A stretch of 64,000 bases of DNA. It comes from Octopus bimaculoides (Eukaryota). Positions within the stretch are counted from its first letter, which is position 1. Each line of letters begins with the position of its first letter. Made by a program: the position numbers and the translations under genes. Positions 1 to 12,820 of this stretch are shown here, piece after piece. A model generated the notes under the pieces. That model ran no database searches and was not told where the DNA came from. It saw only the letters and a list, made by a program, of their open reading frames with translations. The stretch is taken from the NCBI RefSeq assembly GCF_001194135.2, contig NC_068993.1, positions 4,223,278 through 4,287,277 of the forward strand, written 5' to 3'.

Positions 1-168
1 ACAACAAGAACAAGAACAAGAGCAATACAATCACAGATTCTCTATGCATGTATCATTGCAAAAACACAACGATTTAGATTCCTCCGTCGTACGTTTGCCA
101 AATACTTTTTCAGTTCTCTTTCCTGTTGGTCAATTTTTCTTCATCCCTAATTTCACATATTCTCTTTC

Positions 169-242
<74 letters not shown>

Positions 243-475
243 CCCTTCTCTCCCTACCTTTCTCTCTCTATCTGTTGAAAATTTTTGTTTCTTTACAACA
301 TTATCACATGTTGTTTTAAGGTGTCCATTTCGTGTTTTACCTTTCAACATTTGCCAAATTCTCTTATTTTATGTCATCTTCCAAAACTGGCATTGGATTC
401 TAAAGGAATATTCTGAAAGACAATTTATTTTGCCATTTTCTTTTTTCTTGTTATGAAATGTCTTTCAATATTGGT

Positions 476-673
476 TTCAAATTTTGGCACCAGACCAGCA
501 TTATCGGAGGAGGGGGGATAGTCCATTATATCGATCCCAATGCTCAAATGGTGCTTATTTTATCGATCTCGGAAGGACGAAAGGTAAAATTGAACTCAGA
601 ACGTAAAAACGGACGAAAATGCCGCTAAGTGTTTTGTCCGGCGTGCTAACGATTCTGCCCCCTCATCGTCTTA
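476..673 (-). mobile_element. tRNA-derived SINE, family A (diverged copy)
   Basis: Reverse complement aligns by eye with the full copy at 52546-52760: head gcagaatcgttagcacgccgga, B-box-like gagttcaa, body cttccgagatcgataaa. Confidence 0.85.
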
Positions 674-1764
674 ACGTCTTTAAATATTGATGATAGTGAT
701 AAATGTAAACACACGTTTGTCTTTAGAAGCATTGAAATGTATTGTGAGATACAGATAGGGTAATAATTTATTTCCAAACGCAGAAACGCTGATAGAACAG
801 CAGAGACAGGATAAAATATCCATATAAAGCAGAAAATTTTATCAGCGACCACATATAGCGTATTCTTCGTATAAAGAAATGGGACACGTTTTAAAGAATG
901 TATGACTGCTATTTCTAGCAGGTCTACAGACCACGTAGAAGGAAACAGCAGCAAAACAACAACAAGGCAATCACTGATTCTCTCTCTAGATGTTTGTCAT
1001 TGCAAATAGGAAGCAATTTGCTTTCCGCTATTTTATATTTGCCAAAAGAAAAAAAAATCCCCGATAGCTGAGCTGTTGTTGTTGACGACGACGACGATGA
1101 TGATGATGATGATGATGGGGAGGAGGGGGAGGAGGAGGAGGAGAGGAAAGAATGAGGAAGAGAATCATGATGATAATGATGACTGTGACCATCACCATAA
1201 TCATCATGATTGCGGTGGTGGGAGTGGTGTCGGTGGTTGTGGTGGAAGTGGTATCATCATCATCATCATCATCATCATCACGACCGTCATGGTCATGATG
1301 AGAAATAATCATGATGGTGGCGGCGTTTGCGTTAATCACCATCTAAGTTGTCGCCAGCATCATCTCAATAATTTCCCTTTGATCTTAAAACAGTTATTCT
1401 CACCCCCTTTTTTTAGCCCCAGGCACATCTCCGCTCCCCCCCCCACGCTTCAACAGGTTTTTTCCTCTCTAAGATTGTTTGAGTCGAAGTATTTATTCTT
1501 AATAGTATATAATTAGTTAATTAATCGAACTGTTTCTTTATAATAGAGACTCACCAATTTAATAACAAAAAAAAACGATGATGGATTTAAAATCTTTCAT
1601 AAAAATAGAAGGGTTCTTTTTTGTATATTTATAATTAATTACTCAACAGATTGAAGTTACTGTAGTATACCTCAATAAACGAAAAGAGCGTCCAATGAGT
1701 GTCTGTGTTAAATTCAGATTATTCTGCTGAAGATTGCAATCAATAGAAACCACGTGCTTTTACT

Positions 1765-2950
1765 TTTTTTTTTGCCAGTTAGTAGGTTTATGGAGCCGAG
1801 TTTAAAAGGGCAGAACGAATATTAGCTTAATCTAACTTCTTATTCGTTTTAACTTTCAACAAATTTGAAAAAAAAAAAAAGAAAAAAGAAAAATAGATTT
1901 ACAAAGATATTTGGATACAAATAGAAGCGTTGGATGTATAATTCTTCCAGCCACTTTTGGATAGGAATTGCACGTTCATAGAAATATGTTCAGCAATTTC
2001 TCATTGAACATATCTTTTATAAACGAATCATTCTTCAGTTTCAGGAATTCATCTTGACAATTACCAGGAACTTTTTCAACTGACAATCTAAAAGGATTTT
2101 ACTCCAAATCCAACTCAATGTCGTTGGATTCGGCAAAATATCTGTGGAATTAATTTTCTAGTGTTGTCAAGTGTTGCAAAATTTCATTTTTTTTTTTTTT
2201 TTTTTTTTTTGAAAATTTGGAAAGCACTTGGTCTTCACTGCCAGCAACAAGAATTGATGACGATATCTCAAATATTGCAGCATTTCTATATTTTTTTTTT
2301 ATATATAATGTCATTTCTCTTCTAATTTTCCTGTTTGCTCTTAGATTTTACGATGTTTGTTTTTCTTTCCGTGCATGTGAAAAATTGAAGGTCCAATATA
2401 TTTTGATGTTCAAAAATATTGAGCAAATAAGCAACATACATAATTAGTCCCTCGTCATTAATCATAAAAAAATAGATGTTCCAACTTATCCTGAACTTGG
2501 AAAACTTATTTGATCCTATTTCAAAGCTCCAATACTCGTTCAGTTACATTTCCGCTTGAAAAGTTCGTAGAATTTATATTTAAGAAAGAAGCGAACGGTC
2601 TTCCTCCGTGTAAAAAGATAACAACCTGAAAAGACACGAGTTAAAAGCTACTGTCTTAAGAAATTCACAATTCACGATGGTTTGATCTAAAATTCTCCGT
2701 ACTGGTGCTCGAAGTGTTTTTGAAGACAATACGAAGAATGTCTTTCAGTGTTGAAGCTCATTTATTTTCACACAAACTGGAAATCCGGATTTATTTCATA
2801 ACATAGTTGATGTTCCACATGTACAGAATTTATAAACATCACCCAACAAAAGATCTCTGATTCGATGAAAGATTTAACCCGTTTCCAAACTACAATGAAA
2901 TTTGGTAATTGGTCCAAGAGGAAACAAAAACGGAACTTCTCTTTAAGTTA
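1765..2950 (-). pseudogene. Degenerate hAT (Buster/Charlie, FAM200/ZBED8-like) transposase relic
   Basis: Manual minus-strand translation gives, in the correct order, CTCGTSTML*NKSGF (cf. CTDGAPAMxGxxSGF), SKTL...RILD..IVNFLK..NSCLF, GNVTERVLEL (cf. RWLSRGKVLxRVFEL), VAYLLNIFEH, HLTTLEN*FHRYF..NPF, and YPKVA...LLFVSKYLCKSIFS..K (cf. YPxLA...STYLCExxFS). Many stops and frameshifts. Confidence 0.85.
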
Positions 2951-2997
2951 ACCATTGTAAAGACATCTTGCAAACACCAGCCATTTGGAACACAATA

Positions 2998-3047
2998 TTC
3001 TTTTCTACTCTCGGCACAAGGCCCGAAATTTTGCGGGGGGGGGCCAG
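2998..3047 (-). mobile_element. Family A SINE 3' tail fragment
   Basis: ttttctactctcggcacaaggcccgaaattttg is the reverse complement of the family A tail gggccttgtgtctagagtagaaaag. Confidence 0.8.
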
Positions 3048-3053
3048 CGTTAA

Positions 3054-3120
3054 ACTAATACACCTGTTTGTTGTTTACACACCTGTCTTCGTCTTTTGTT
3101 TTGTTTTTTGCAAATTCCAA
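3054..3120 (+). repeat. Dispersed repeat fragment (opposite-orientation copy at 19285-19380)
   Basis: actaatacacctgtttgttgtttacacacctgtcttcgtc matches the reverse complement of gacgaggacaggtggtgtaaacaacaaaaggatgtattagt near 19297-19338. Confidence 0.7.
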
Positions 3121-3162
<42 letters not shown>

Positions 3163-3280
3163 GCACATACATGCACGCGCATATACAACAATGCATAAAG
3201 TCTCCCCAAGTCTCTCTCTCTCTCTCTTATATATATATTCAAATATATATATACATATATATATATACATACATATGTAT

Positions 3281-3351
<71 letters not shown>

Positions 3352-3481
3352 GATGCATAGATATAACCAGTGCATAAATTAGTTTTAAGAATACAAACAC
3401 TGCGTAAATATTAAAATATAGACAGGAACGCATGTATGCATGTATGCATGTATGTATGTATGTATGTATGTATGTATGTAC

Positions 3482-3515
<34 letters not shown>

Positions 3516-4891
3516 ACGTATGTTGGCATGTAAGTACGTATCTATGTATACGATATCAAAATAACATTTTCTGAAAACTTTTCTGCAGAGATTTTTCTAT
3601 CTTTTTAAATCTTATTTTATCCTTTTTTTTTTTTTTGCTTTTATTTCTAAATTTATTTATTTATTCATTTATTCATGGTACTTTAGAAGTTTCTAGAAGG
3701 AACCCAATTGCAAATATATTTAGCTTTATCTCTGAACATTGATAAATTTTCAGAATGTTTACCATTGTCGTCAGGCTTAAGAAGATGTTGTATCTTAGAA
3801 TTAGAGAAGAAGCGGGGAGGTATGGGTAGGCCAGGCTAATCCGCCAACAATCCTTGGAGACGCCTTTCTGAAGATTTCATCTTTGGTAGAAGTTGTTGCG
3901 AGGAATTCCGAACATCCGTCCAGCCCCTTCGGCAATCTAGTTTACCTGCTAACAGAGGCATGTAACATATTGTTTGTGTGTTTGTTTCTTTGTTACTGTT
4001 GTTGTTTTTTAATTTATACATCAATGGAGGAGGATTTTAGGGATGGGTGGTGTGGGTTATATGTTGTCTCCCAGAACACCCAGCCCCCACCCCCCATCTC
4101 CGCCTCATCCTATTCTTTCCCTCTCGCTATCCCCCCCCCATCCTCACCTCTTTTTCTTTCTCTCTCTCTCTCCCTCTCTCTCTCTGTATTTCTTTCTTTC
4201 GATCAGTCGTTGAGAAGGACAAAGGGTTTGGGGGAGATTGAACTAAAACTAAAGACTAATGTGATTCGTCTACAAGAACAAGAGCATGACGGAACAATGG
4301 TGGTGGTGGTGGTGGTAGCGGCAGTGGTGGTGGTGGTGGTGGCAATGGTGGCAGTGGTGGTGGTGATAGTGGCGGTGGTGGTGAGGTTTGTGCTGGTCTT
4401 TGTTACAATGGAGAGAGGGTAATAGTAGTAAAGCACTAACGTGGTTCTTGTGGCGATGATAGTGGAGAGATTAATTCGAGGAGGGGGAGGAAGAGGAGGA
4501 GGGGGAGGAAAAGAAGGCGAAGAAATGAAGAAGGGGCGGAAATCGGAGAGAAAGAAGAAGAGGAGGAGGAGAGGAAGTTGCTGACGGTGGATTTAGTGGT
4601 TAATTGATAATATTTTTCTCCAAATGAGAAGGGAAGATGATGATGATGATGATGGTGGAGGAGGAAGCGGTGATGAATGATGATGATGATGATGATGATA
4701 GCGGCAGCGATGGCGACAGTGATAATGATGACGACGACGGAAATAAGATTGATGACAGTATCAATAATCATAATGAAGGTATCGAACAAATTAGGTATGA
4801 CGATGATGATGACGACGACGACAATGACGACGACTATGATGATGATGATGTCGGTGATAACGATGATGATGCATCTGGTGATTATCATCAC

Positions 4892-4946
<55 letters not shown>

Positions 4947-6882
4947 GTATAATTATTATTTTGGCGTTAAACATATTAAATTACTAAATTACAGGGTTTT
5001 TTTCCTCATTGCTTTTCATTTTTTTTTCTTCTTCAGCAAACTAAAATATTTTTTGTTTTGCTGAAGTTGTATTTGTTTTCTTTTTATTTTGTTATAATCA
5101 ATGCTATGGTTGTTGTTGTTCTTCTTCTTCTTGTGCATATATTTGTTATTGTAGTTCTTGCCGTTGCTGTTGTTATGTTTATTATTGCTGTGTGGTTGAT
5201 GGGAAGCGTTGCCTTGGCCAAAAGTTGGATTCTGCTAAAGCAATATTTACTTTCCGCCACCAACACCCACACAAGGCTGTTCCTCCAACAACTGCTGCCG
5301 CCATTCTCACCGCAGTCATCCGAGCTACGGAAACATTTCCAAGATATCATCAACTCTGCACGTGTGCGTGTGCACGTGTGCGTGTGCACGTGTGTGTGTG
5401 TTATTTGTCTTATAATCAACTGGAACCAGATTCCTTGATGTATTTGATGAGTTCGCTTTCTTTGTTTTCTGCAAGACTTCTTTCTTCCCCCCATTTTGTT
5501 GTCTCTCACGGAAATGTCTTTACTCTTAATAGCAAAGAACTTAAGACATCTAGCAAATCCCTAAGTATATGCATGTACATAGATCCCCACCTGTACGTAA
5601 GTAAGTAGTAGTAGTAGTAGTAGTAGTAGTAGCAATAGCAGCATGGGGACATGCGCTGTAACAGCACGTCGCTGCATCCACCATCTGTTGGGGATTCCAT
5701 ACTAATTCTCGTGGTTGACAATCTAGCACCACTCAGGCGAAAGCTCTCCAGCCCATGGGTCTGTTTGGGCACTCGTTGATGGTGAGAATTTTTCGAGGTC
5801 AGATGGCAGATCCTACCTAAACCTTATTTAGTCGCCTTCTGCGACACACAGCGAAAACATAGGGCCTATATTTTGGCATGCCAATCACCACACAGCACAA
5901 TAAGTGTGCCTGAATATAATTTCAAATTTGTTGCCATACATGCATGTTTGTATTTTAACAAAGATTTTACACTGGTCTATCACTGGTGTATCTTAATTCT
6001 TCTTTTATTTCTGTTTTACTCTGTGCCTCCTCCTCGGTTTACCTCCACTGTGAGCTCTATATCATCTGTATGATGTGGAAAATATTCCATCAACATTGCT
6101 CATCTTTAAAATTCGTCCGAAGCTGATATCTTAACATATCTGATGGTCTTAAGTATAAAAAAACAAAATTATTAAAGATTTATATAGAACTACATTCAGA
6201 GTATGTCCATAAGCTATTGTGTTTAGACCTGGTTTCTATCCTCAATCTGTTCCGTTTTGTAGACGCAATTTTTTTTATTTTTTTTTTTATGAAGCACTCC
6301 GAAATTAGAAAAATCAAAAACCAACATATGCATATTTCACGGAGCTTGTATGATTCATTCATTATATAATTATTATGATGACAGACAAGTCTGAATGTAA
6401 CAATGAAAAAAAAAAAAGCTGGATCAGATTCAGTGCCTTGTGGTATTTAGTGATCCATCTTTAGTTTCTAAGATCAAATTTCTATGAGATATACAAAAAA
6501 TTCACAAAGTGGAATAAATTATTTTGCTTCAAGTAAAACGAGAAGTTTGACATTTCAAGCAGAAAAATCTCCCCCCGACAAGAGATTAAATGTTCATTAG
6601 TAGTTCTGTTCCTCCTTGGCGGAATACATTTACCATTCTCTCCAAAAAATATTTGGTGCAGGTCGGTGGGTCGTGCCAAAGTTAAGTATCGTGTTCTCTG
6701 TAGATCATGGCTATGAGCTCCTGTCTTTGAAATTCCAGGACAACAAAAACGAAAGTTTCTATTACAATAAACGACGGCTGTGTTTCTACGACTGTTCTTT
6801 TAGTCTCTCAGTTTTTCATATTTCTTACTTTTTTGTATAACTAATCTTCTGCTGTTGTTGGTGGTGGTAGCAACAATTGTCT

Positions 6883-6939
6883 TTCTTCTTCTTCTTCTTC
6901 TTCTTCTTCTTCTTCTTCTTCTTCTTCTTCTTCTTCTTC

Positions 6940-6971
<32 letters not shown>

Positions 6972-7036
6972 CTTCTTCTTCTTCTTCTTCTTCTTCTTCT
7001 TCTTCTTCTTCTTCTTCTTCTTCTTCTTCTTCTTCT
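6883..7036. repeat. (TTC/GAA)n microsatellite, about 50 units
   Basis: Nearly pure run with one cta interruption near 6960. Confidence 0.97.
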
Positions 7037-7149
7037 TTCCTTCCTCCCTTCTTCAGGTGTTGTAGACCTACAATCAAAATAATTCCGTTTATATAACCAA
7101 GCCGTCATTTTCCTCACTCCAAGACATAAATGTGTCCAATGCATTCTTC

Positions 7150-7795
7150 TCTTTGTAACAGTGGTGTGCCATTTGAGGAAATTTTAGCTGCGATTTTTAA
7201 CTAGTGATGTTAATACTGACATCGGCATTTGGATTGTCGTCGCTTTTGTGAGACGGGGATGGACGAATGCTGAATGTAGAAGCGATTTACAATAACGTGT
7301 GGTGTGGGTCTGGTGAAGAGTGCATTACCTTATATGTTCTGATGACCTCCGAGGGTCACGTTGCTATCAAGGAGTTATACATTCAGACAACGAAGAGAAA
7401 AATTGATCTCGTTGAAAAAATAATGTTTCACAATTTAAAAGGGCCAAAAGGGGGCAACGTGAAGCAGCCATTGTATTGTCCTTTGAAAATACTACGACAA
7501 ACACTCACTATTTCTCATGAAAGACACCAAGAACCGTGTCGTTGACCTTGACGGTTAGAAAAAACGAAACTAAATACGAATGTAAAAGATGGCAAGACAA
7601 GTAGTACTCTAAGAAGGTGAAGACCGAGTACTAGGTACACGTAGAAGATAGATTACGTTTGAAAGCCATACGAATAATGTACCTGTAGATAAGGGGTTAC
7701 TATCAATAGAAATCAAGACTCTTCACATGGTCTAATTCCAAAGACAAGCGTCACTATCAACCGAAAGATTCTTAGCAGGTCATCTCAGGCTGAAG
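7150..7795 (+). other. Candidate non-coding or 5' exon of an unidentified gene
   Basis: Unique, balanced-composition, CpG-rich sequence ending at donor-like AAG|GTATGG (7796), with an alternative GA|GTGAGT at 7856. No recognisable protein. Inference only. Confidence 0.25.
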
Positions 7796-8615
7796 GTATG
7801 GTTATATTTGGGGGACTTTGGCGGACGGTTATCAGAGTTGCGAAGTTCCACCTGAGTGAGTTTTTCTATCTGTGTGTGGTTAATTGTTCTTAACTACTTA
7901 TTTTACTCTTTAATTGTTTATTTACAAAATGTTACACCTGTTTCATTGTCTTTACAGATTTGCTCCAGCCTTCGTCTATTATGGATATATCTACTTCTGC
8001 GCGTGTTTTATAACCCTTTCATACGAAACATTATATTTCGTAAAACATGCCATGCCAAACTGCTGTCAGTGCTTTGAATTATCTATATCGCTTTCACCTT
8101 GTCAGTTTTGTCAGGTGTTGATCTTACACGGGATTTTTCTTGACATCGCCTTAGCTTCATGTTTTATAGCCCCATTTTTAGCTTAGCTTAGTTTTTAAGC
8201 CTTTCCTGATTTCTTTTATAGTTTCTCCTTTCTCCTCGTAACTATCATTTTAGTCTATGTTTTCTTGTTGTTGTCTTCAATGAACACAGCAAGCAGTTTT
8301 GTTTTATTCGTGCTTCGTAGCTACTCACATTAGTTTTCCATAAGCCTTTGCAAGATATATTCGCATTCATACAATATTCCTACTTGTGTAATATCTCTAA
8401 CACTCAATATTCGTCTCCCTATGTAATAACATTTAGTCTTTCTATAAAAGATTTTGTGTGGCGTCTTCTAAACACCGTATTTATTTTCCATCCAGTCTTG
8501 CTGGTTTTTCAGCGTCGAATTAACAATATTATCGCTAAAACTGATTACCGTAATAATCAAAAGTATTGGAGCCTCTTGCTTTCTTGTATTTTTTTTAAAA
8601 TCTATTTTGCCCCGT

Positions 8616-8840
8616 TCTTTTTTTTTTCAGCCATTTGACTACGGTCAGGCTTGAGCACCGCCTTTAGTCGAACAAGTCGCCCCCCCCCCTCACCAAGAAT
8701 TATTCTTTGTAAGCCTAGTACTTATTCTATTGGATTCTTTTGCCGAACCGCTAAGTTACGGGGACGTAAACACAACAGCATCGGTTGTCAAGCGATGGTG
8801 CGGCAACAAACACAGACACACACACACACACACACACATA
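8616..8840 (-). mobile_element. SINE family B, 3' part
   Basis: catttgactacggtcaggcttgagcaccgcctttagtcga...gccgaaccgctaagttacggggacgtaaacac...(CA)n is the reverse complement of the tail at 35960-36170. Confidence 0.88.
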
Positions 8841-8860
8841 TAAACTGAAAGAAGACTGCT

Positions 8861-9044
8861 TTTGGGGGAAGGGGCCAGTCGATTATATCGACCCCCGTAC
8901 GCAACTGGTACTTAATTTATCGACCTCGAAAGGATGAAAGCAAAGTCGATCTCGGCGGAATTTGAACTCAGAACGTAAAGTTAAACGAAATACCGCTAAG
9001 CATTTCGCCCGGTGTGCTAACGTTTCTGCCAGCTCGTCGCCTTA
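8861..9044 (-). mobile_element. Family A SINE, near full length
   Basis: Reverse complement starts aaggcgacgagctggcagaaacgttagcacaccgggcgaaatgcttagcggtatttcg and contains B-box gagttcaaattcc. Confidence 0.92.
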
Positions 9045-9049
9045 GACCT

Positions 9050-9239
9050 TTAGCAGCATTTCGTCCGTCTTAACGAACTGAGTTCAAATTCCATCGAGGT
9101 TGACTTTGCCTTTCATTCTTTCGGGGCTCATGAAATAAGTACCAGTTGTGCACTTGGGTTGATGTAATCGACTAGCCCCCACCCTCAAAATTTCGGGCCT
9201 TGTGCGTATAATAGAAAGGGTTATTATTATTATTATTAT

Positions 9240-9240
<1 letters not shown>
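9050..9240 (+). mobile_element. Family A SINE, 5'-truncated, head-to-head with the previous copy
   Basis: ttagcagcatttcgtcc...gagttcaaattccatcgaggttgactttgcc...gggccttgtgcgtataatagaaaggg followed by an (ATT)n tail. Confidence 0.9.
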
Positions 9241-9277
<37 letters not shown>

Positions 9278-10164
9278 TAGGATTGGATTTGCATGTGTCC
9301 TAATCAAGGCAATTAGGTCTGTACGTTTCATCTAAGCCTTTCCTTTTGTTCGGCTAATTTTCCTAATTAGCTTTTCATGAAAGGATAAGGCTTTAAAAAC
9401 GCAGACTTATTTTATTCTTTTATTTATTCATTCTATCGTTGTTGTTGTTGTTGGTGGTGGTGGTGGTGGTGATGATGATGATGATGTTATTGTTGTTTCC
9501 TCTTTCTGTCAGAACCGTTACATATCATTACTGCAAGACTGGGTGACGCTGCCAAACTGTCCCAACCCACCCCAGAACATCTTCATACTAATGATAATTA
9601 AATTACTGATAATAATGCAGAATGAAACAACCCAGAATAAACTGCTCACTGCAAGTGCCTATAACTAATGTGAAATAATGGTTTCTTTGATTTTAAGTGC
9701 TGGTTGAAAGACTACCACGACGAAGAGTCTTCCATTATCACTTAGATATCAACAGCATTTATGTCACTGTATGAACAGATTTGATTTTCTCTTTTCACGG
9801 TTAGATGACATCTTGCGATGTTTTTCTCCTCTCTGCTTCTTCACTTTCGATTTCTCTGTGAATATCTGTGAGGTTTGTAATATGAGTATGTCACATATGT
9901 CTCACACATCATCGAAACGAGACTAACACTCCGCAGATTTGCAATTACGTTGCACACGTATTATATTTCTGAACTACATAACCATTCTTACATTCAGCTA
10001 CGTGGACGAGAAATAGTAAAGCTTCGAAGCATTAAAACTGAAACACATGTTTTATCAAAAAACAGCAAAGGAGGGAAGCAATGTGTGATATTAATTATTT
10101 GGTTTATTTTTATTGCTAGGGCAATGCAGGTGTATGTGGTGCAGTTTGGGTAATATCTGCATCA

Positions 10165-10296
10165 AAGGGTGGCGAGCTGGCAGAATCGTTAGCGTGCCGA
10201 GCGAAATGCTTAGTGGTATTTCGTCTGCCGTTACGTTTTGAGTTCAAATTCTGCCGAGGTCAACTTTAACTTTCATCCTTTCGGGATCGATAAATT
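10165..10296 (+). mobile_element. Family A SINE 5' half, fused to an inverted family C head (10297-10330)
   Basis: ggcgagctggcagaatcgttagcgtgccg...gagttcaaattctgccgagg, then aacgctctaatcactgagccatgcgtcttcac (reverse complement of a tRNA-like head). Confidence 0.88.
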
Positions 10297-10596
10297 CAAC
10301 GCTCTAATCACTGAGCCATGCGTCTTCACGCCGCCCTAGAAGGCAGAGATTATTGCCATCATCAGAGATTACTGAATGTGGCGTAATTATTTTTTTCCTT
10401 TTTGAGAGCTAGTCACAGATTGTTATGCACCGACTATTTTGTCCTATTTCTCTCCCGGTGTGTATAAATTATTGCTTTTCTTTTTCATTTAAAGACCAAA
10501 CATAGAAAACACTAAGCAAAGCAATAATCAAACACAATTAACAAACACACAAAAAAAACTGTAAGTAGGGGAGTCAATCACAATTGAGAACAATTG

Positions 10597-10674
10597 AGAG
10601 TATATCAGCCGAAATGCTGTGTTAACAACAAAGATGAGGACAAATATCCGTCAAATGTAAATAATGTAAATAAG
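10597..10674 (+). mobile_element. Family D 3' fragment (starts inside hammerhead loop II)
   Basis: gtatatcagccgaaatgctgtgttaacaacaaagatgaggacaaatatccgtcaaatgtaaataatgtaaataa, matching 28274-28355. Confidence 0.85.
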
Positions 10675-10721
10675 AAATTCTTTCTGTTTACTTTCCATTC
10701 ATAACTTTATCAAAAATGTAA

Positions 10722-10830
10722 CCCTTTCTTGCTGGTTATGGTTCACAGGTCTCCTGGTAGATTCAGGCACATTTGGTGAAGAACGGAAATTGAATCTAGA
10801 TTCACACAGGCTGGTTATAATCCTTAAGGG
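10722..10830. mobile_element. Possible piggyBac-type MITE remnant
   Basis: gtaa-CCCTT ... AAGGG-ttaa termini, with only the right TTAA intact. Confidence 0.3.
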
Positions 10831-11977
10831 TTAAATATATAAATGTAAAATAATAAAGCTCTTGGTATACTTAATAGAATATAGCTTGTGTTTTTTTAAG
10901 TGTTGATAAATAATTTTCTTCTGAAAAACGATTTCGATAAAGAAATAATTTAGCTTTTTGTTACATGCCTTGAAATACCATTTCCCACCACCAGGGTGAG
11001 CAGCTACCCCAGGTTAAGAACATCTGTGCTAAAGCTTTCTTTCTTAAATATTCTTTTTACATTTTCTTCCTTTTTACCATTTTACGTCTACGATGCAGCC
11101 TGGTATGCAATATAAAAAGAATTGTATAACATTTTATTACTTTAGCATTAATATTCTTAAAATCAACATTAAAGAAAAGAAATCCGGTAAGAATATAAAT
11201 TGTGAATAACGATAAAATATGTTTCAACCTTAAGCAATTTTCTCACTAGAACACCCCGAATTTCTCTTTGGTTATGAATTAATGTTCGAGACAATGTGAA
11301 AGTTCTTTGATGCTTGGAGATATAAGAAATTATTGTTGGCCTAGTCTTGTTGTTCTATATCTGAGAAAGGATAGTCAAAATGTCTGCATTGTTTAGTAAA
11401 GGTCAACAACTGAATTCCCTTCAGATCGCTTTATCAGCAGACTTGCTGCATTTTCGATCGATGATTACATTACTTCATGATGATACACAGCAATGATGGA
11501 GGTCATATTTTGATGGATCATCTCTGTATTCCCTCTTCTTTAATAACTATCACATAAAAAGATTGCCTCTAGACTGGAAGCATTCCACAAAGGGTGCAAT
11601 AGATGAATAGATGGCACTGGAAGTCATGTATATAGCTTTGTATATAATTCCTTTGTCTAGATCACTGAATTTGATATTTCTGAGTTGAGTTCCTATGTGC
11701 ATATGTGTGCGTGTATGTGGTTGTGTGTGTGTGTGTGTGTGTGTATTTAACAGCATTAAATTAAAATCGACATATGTACATCATACAAAATGTATATACG
11801 CCATAGAAAGACATGATTTCGTTCTGTTTCATATGTGTCCACCGAGTTGGTTTTGCAACCGGAAAGCTTTCTGCAGAACCAGTGAATGTATCGTATCAAA
11901 GCACGAATTTTGTTTTGGGGGAGAGTCATTCTCTTTTAGTGCCTCCTCCAGAAACAACAGTATATATATGTATGCGC

Positions 11978-12009
<32 letters not shown>

Positions 12010-12352
12010 NNNNNNNNNNNNNNNNNNNNNNNNNNNNNNNNNNNNNNNNNNNNNNNNNNNNNNNNNNNNNNNNNNNNNNNNNNNNNNNNNNNNNNNNNNN
12101 NNNNNNNNNNNNNNNNNNNNNNNNNNNNNNNNNNNNNNNNNNNNNNNNNNNNNNNNNNNNNNNNNNNNNNNNNNNNNNNNNNNNNNNNNNNNNNNNNNNN
12201 NNNNNNNNNNNNNNNNNNNNNNNNNNNNNNNNNNNNNNNNNNNNNNNNNNNNNNNNNNNNNNNNNNNNNNNNNNNNNNNNNNNNNNNNNNNNNNNNNNNN
12301 NNNNNNNNNNNNNNNNNNNNNNNNNNNNNNNNNNNNNNNNNNNNNATATATA

Positions 12353-12384
<32 letters not shown>

Positions 12385-12647
12385 AATAATCTTGTGTTTC
12401 CTCTCAAAAGTGTAAAGTGCAAAATATACACTCACGTTAGAAGTTATGTAGAGTCAGATGTTTATTCAAATTGTTGAACTGAATTCATTTCCTTGTGCCT
12501 AAAGAATTGGTGTGGCTGTCGTTAAGCAAACGCACACTTCAGTGAGCAGGAAATAATGTATTTCGGACTCACAGCTTTAATTATTGTCGACTGTAAAAAA
12601 CATTCCCTTTGGGCATAAGGATTCATTTTAGAAACAATTACAACACC

Positions 12648-12684
<37 letters not shown>

Positions 12685-12820
12685 TGTATATGTGTGTATG
12701 TACGTGTGTATATAGAAATATGTGTGTATGTACGTGCGTATATAGAAATATATATGTATGTAAGCATGTATATAATTATGAATGTATATATACATATGTA
12801 TACATATATACACAAACATA

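Noticed and set aside
7343-7370. ctgatga motifs outside family D (7344 and 29382)
   Set aside because: No stem II or GAAA follows, so these are not hammerheads.
7267-7545. 92-aa ORF MLNVEAIYNN...
   Set aside because: No recognisable motif. It is kept only as part of a candidate UTR exon.
11200-11600. Possible very old hAT fragment (HC..YHHE-like), with a hAT-type TIR-like ccccaggttaagaacatctg at about 11016-11035
   Set aside because: One frameshifted motif only, and the TIR orientation does not enclose it.
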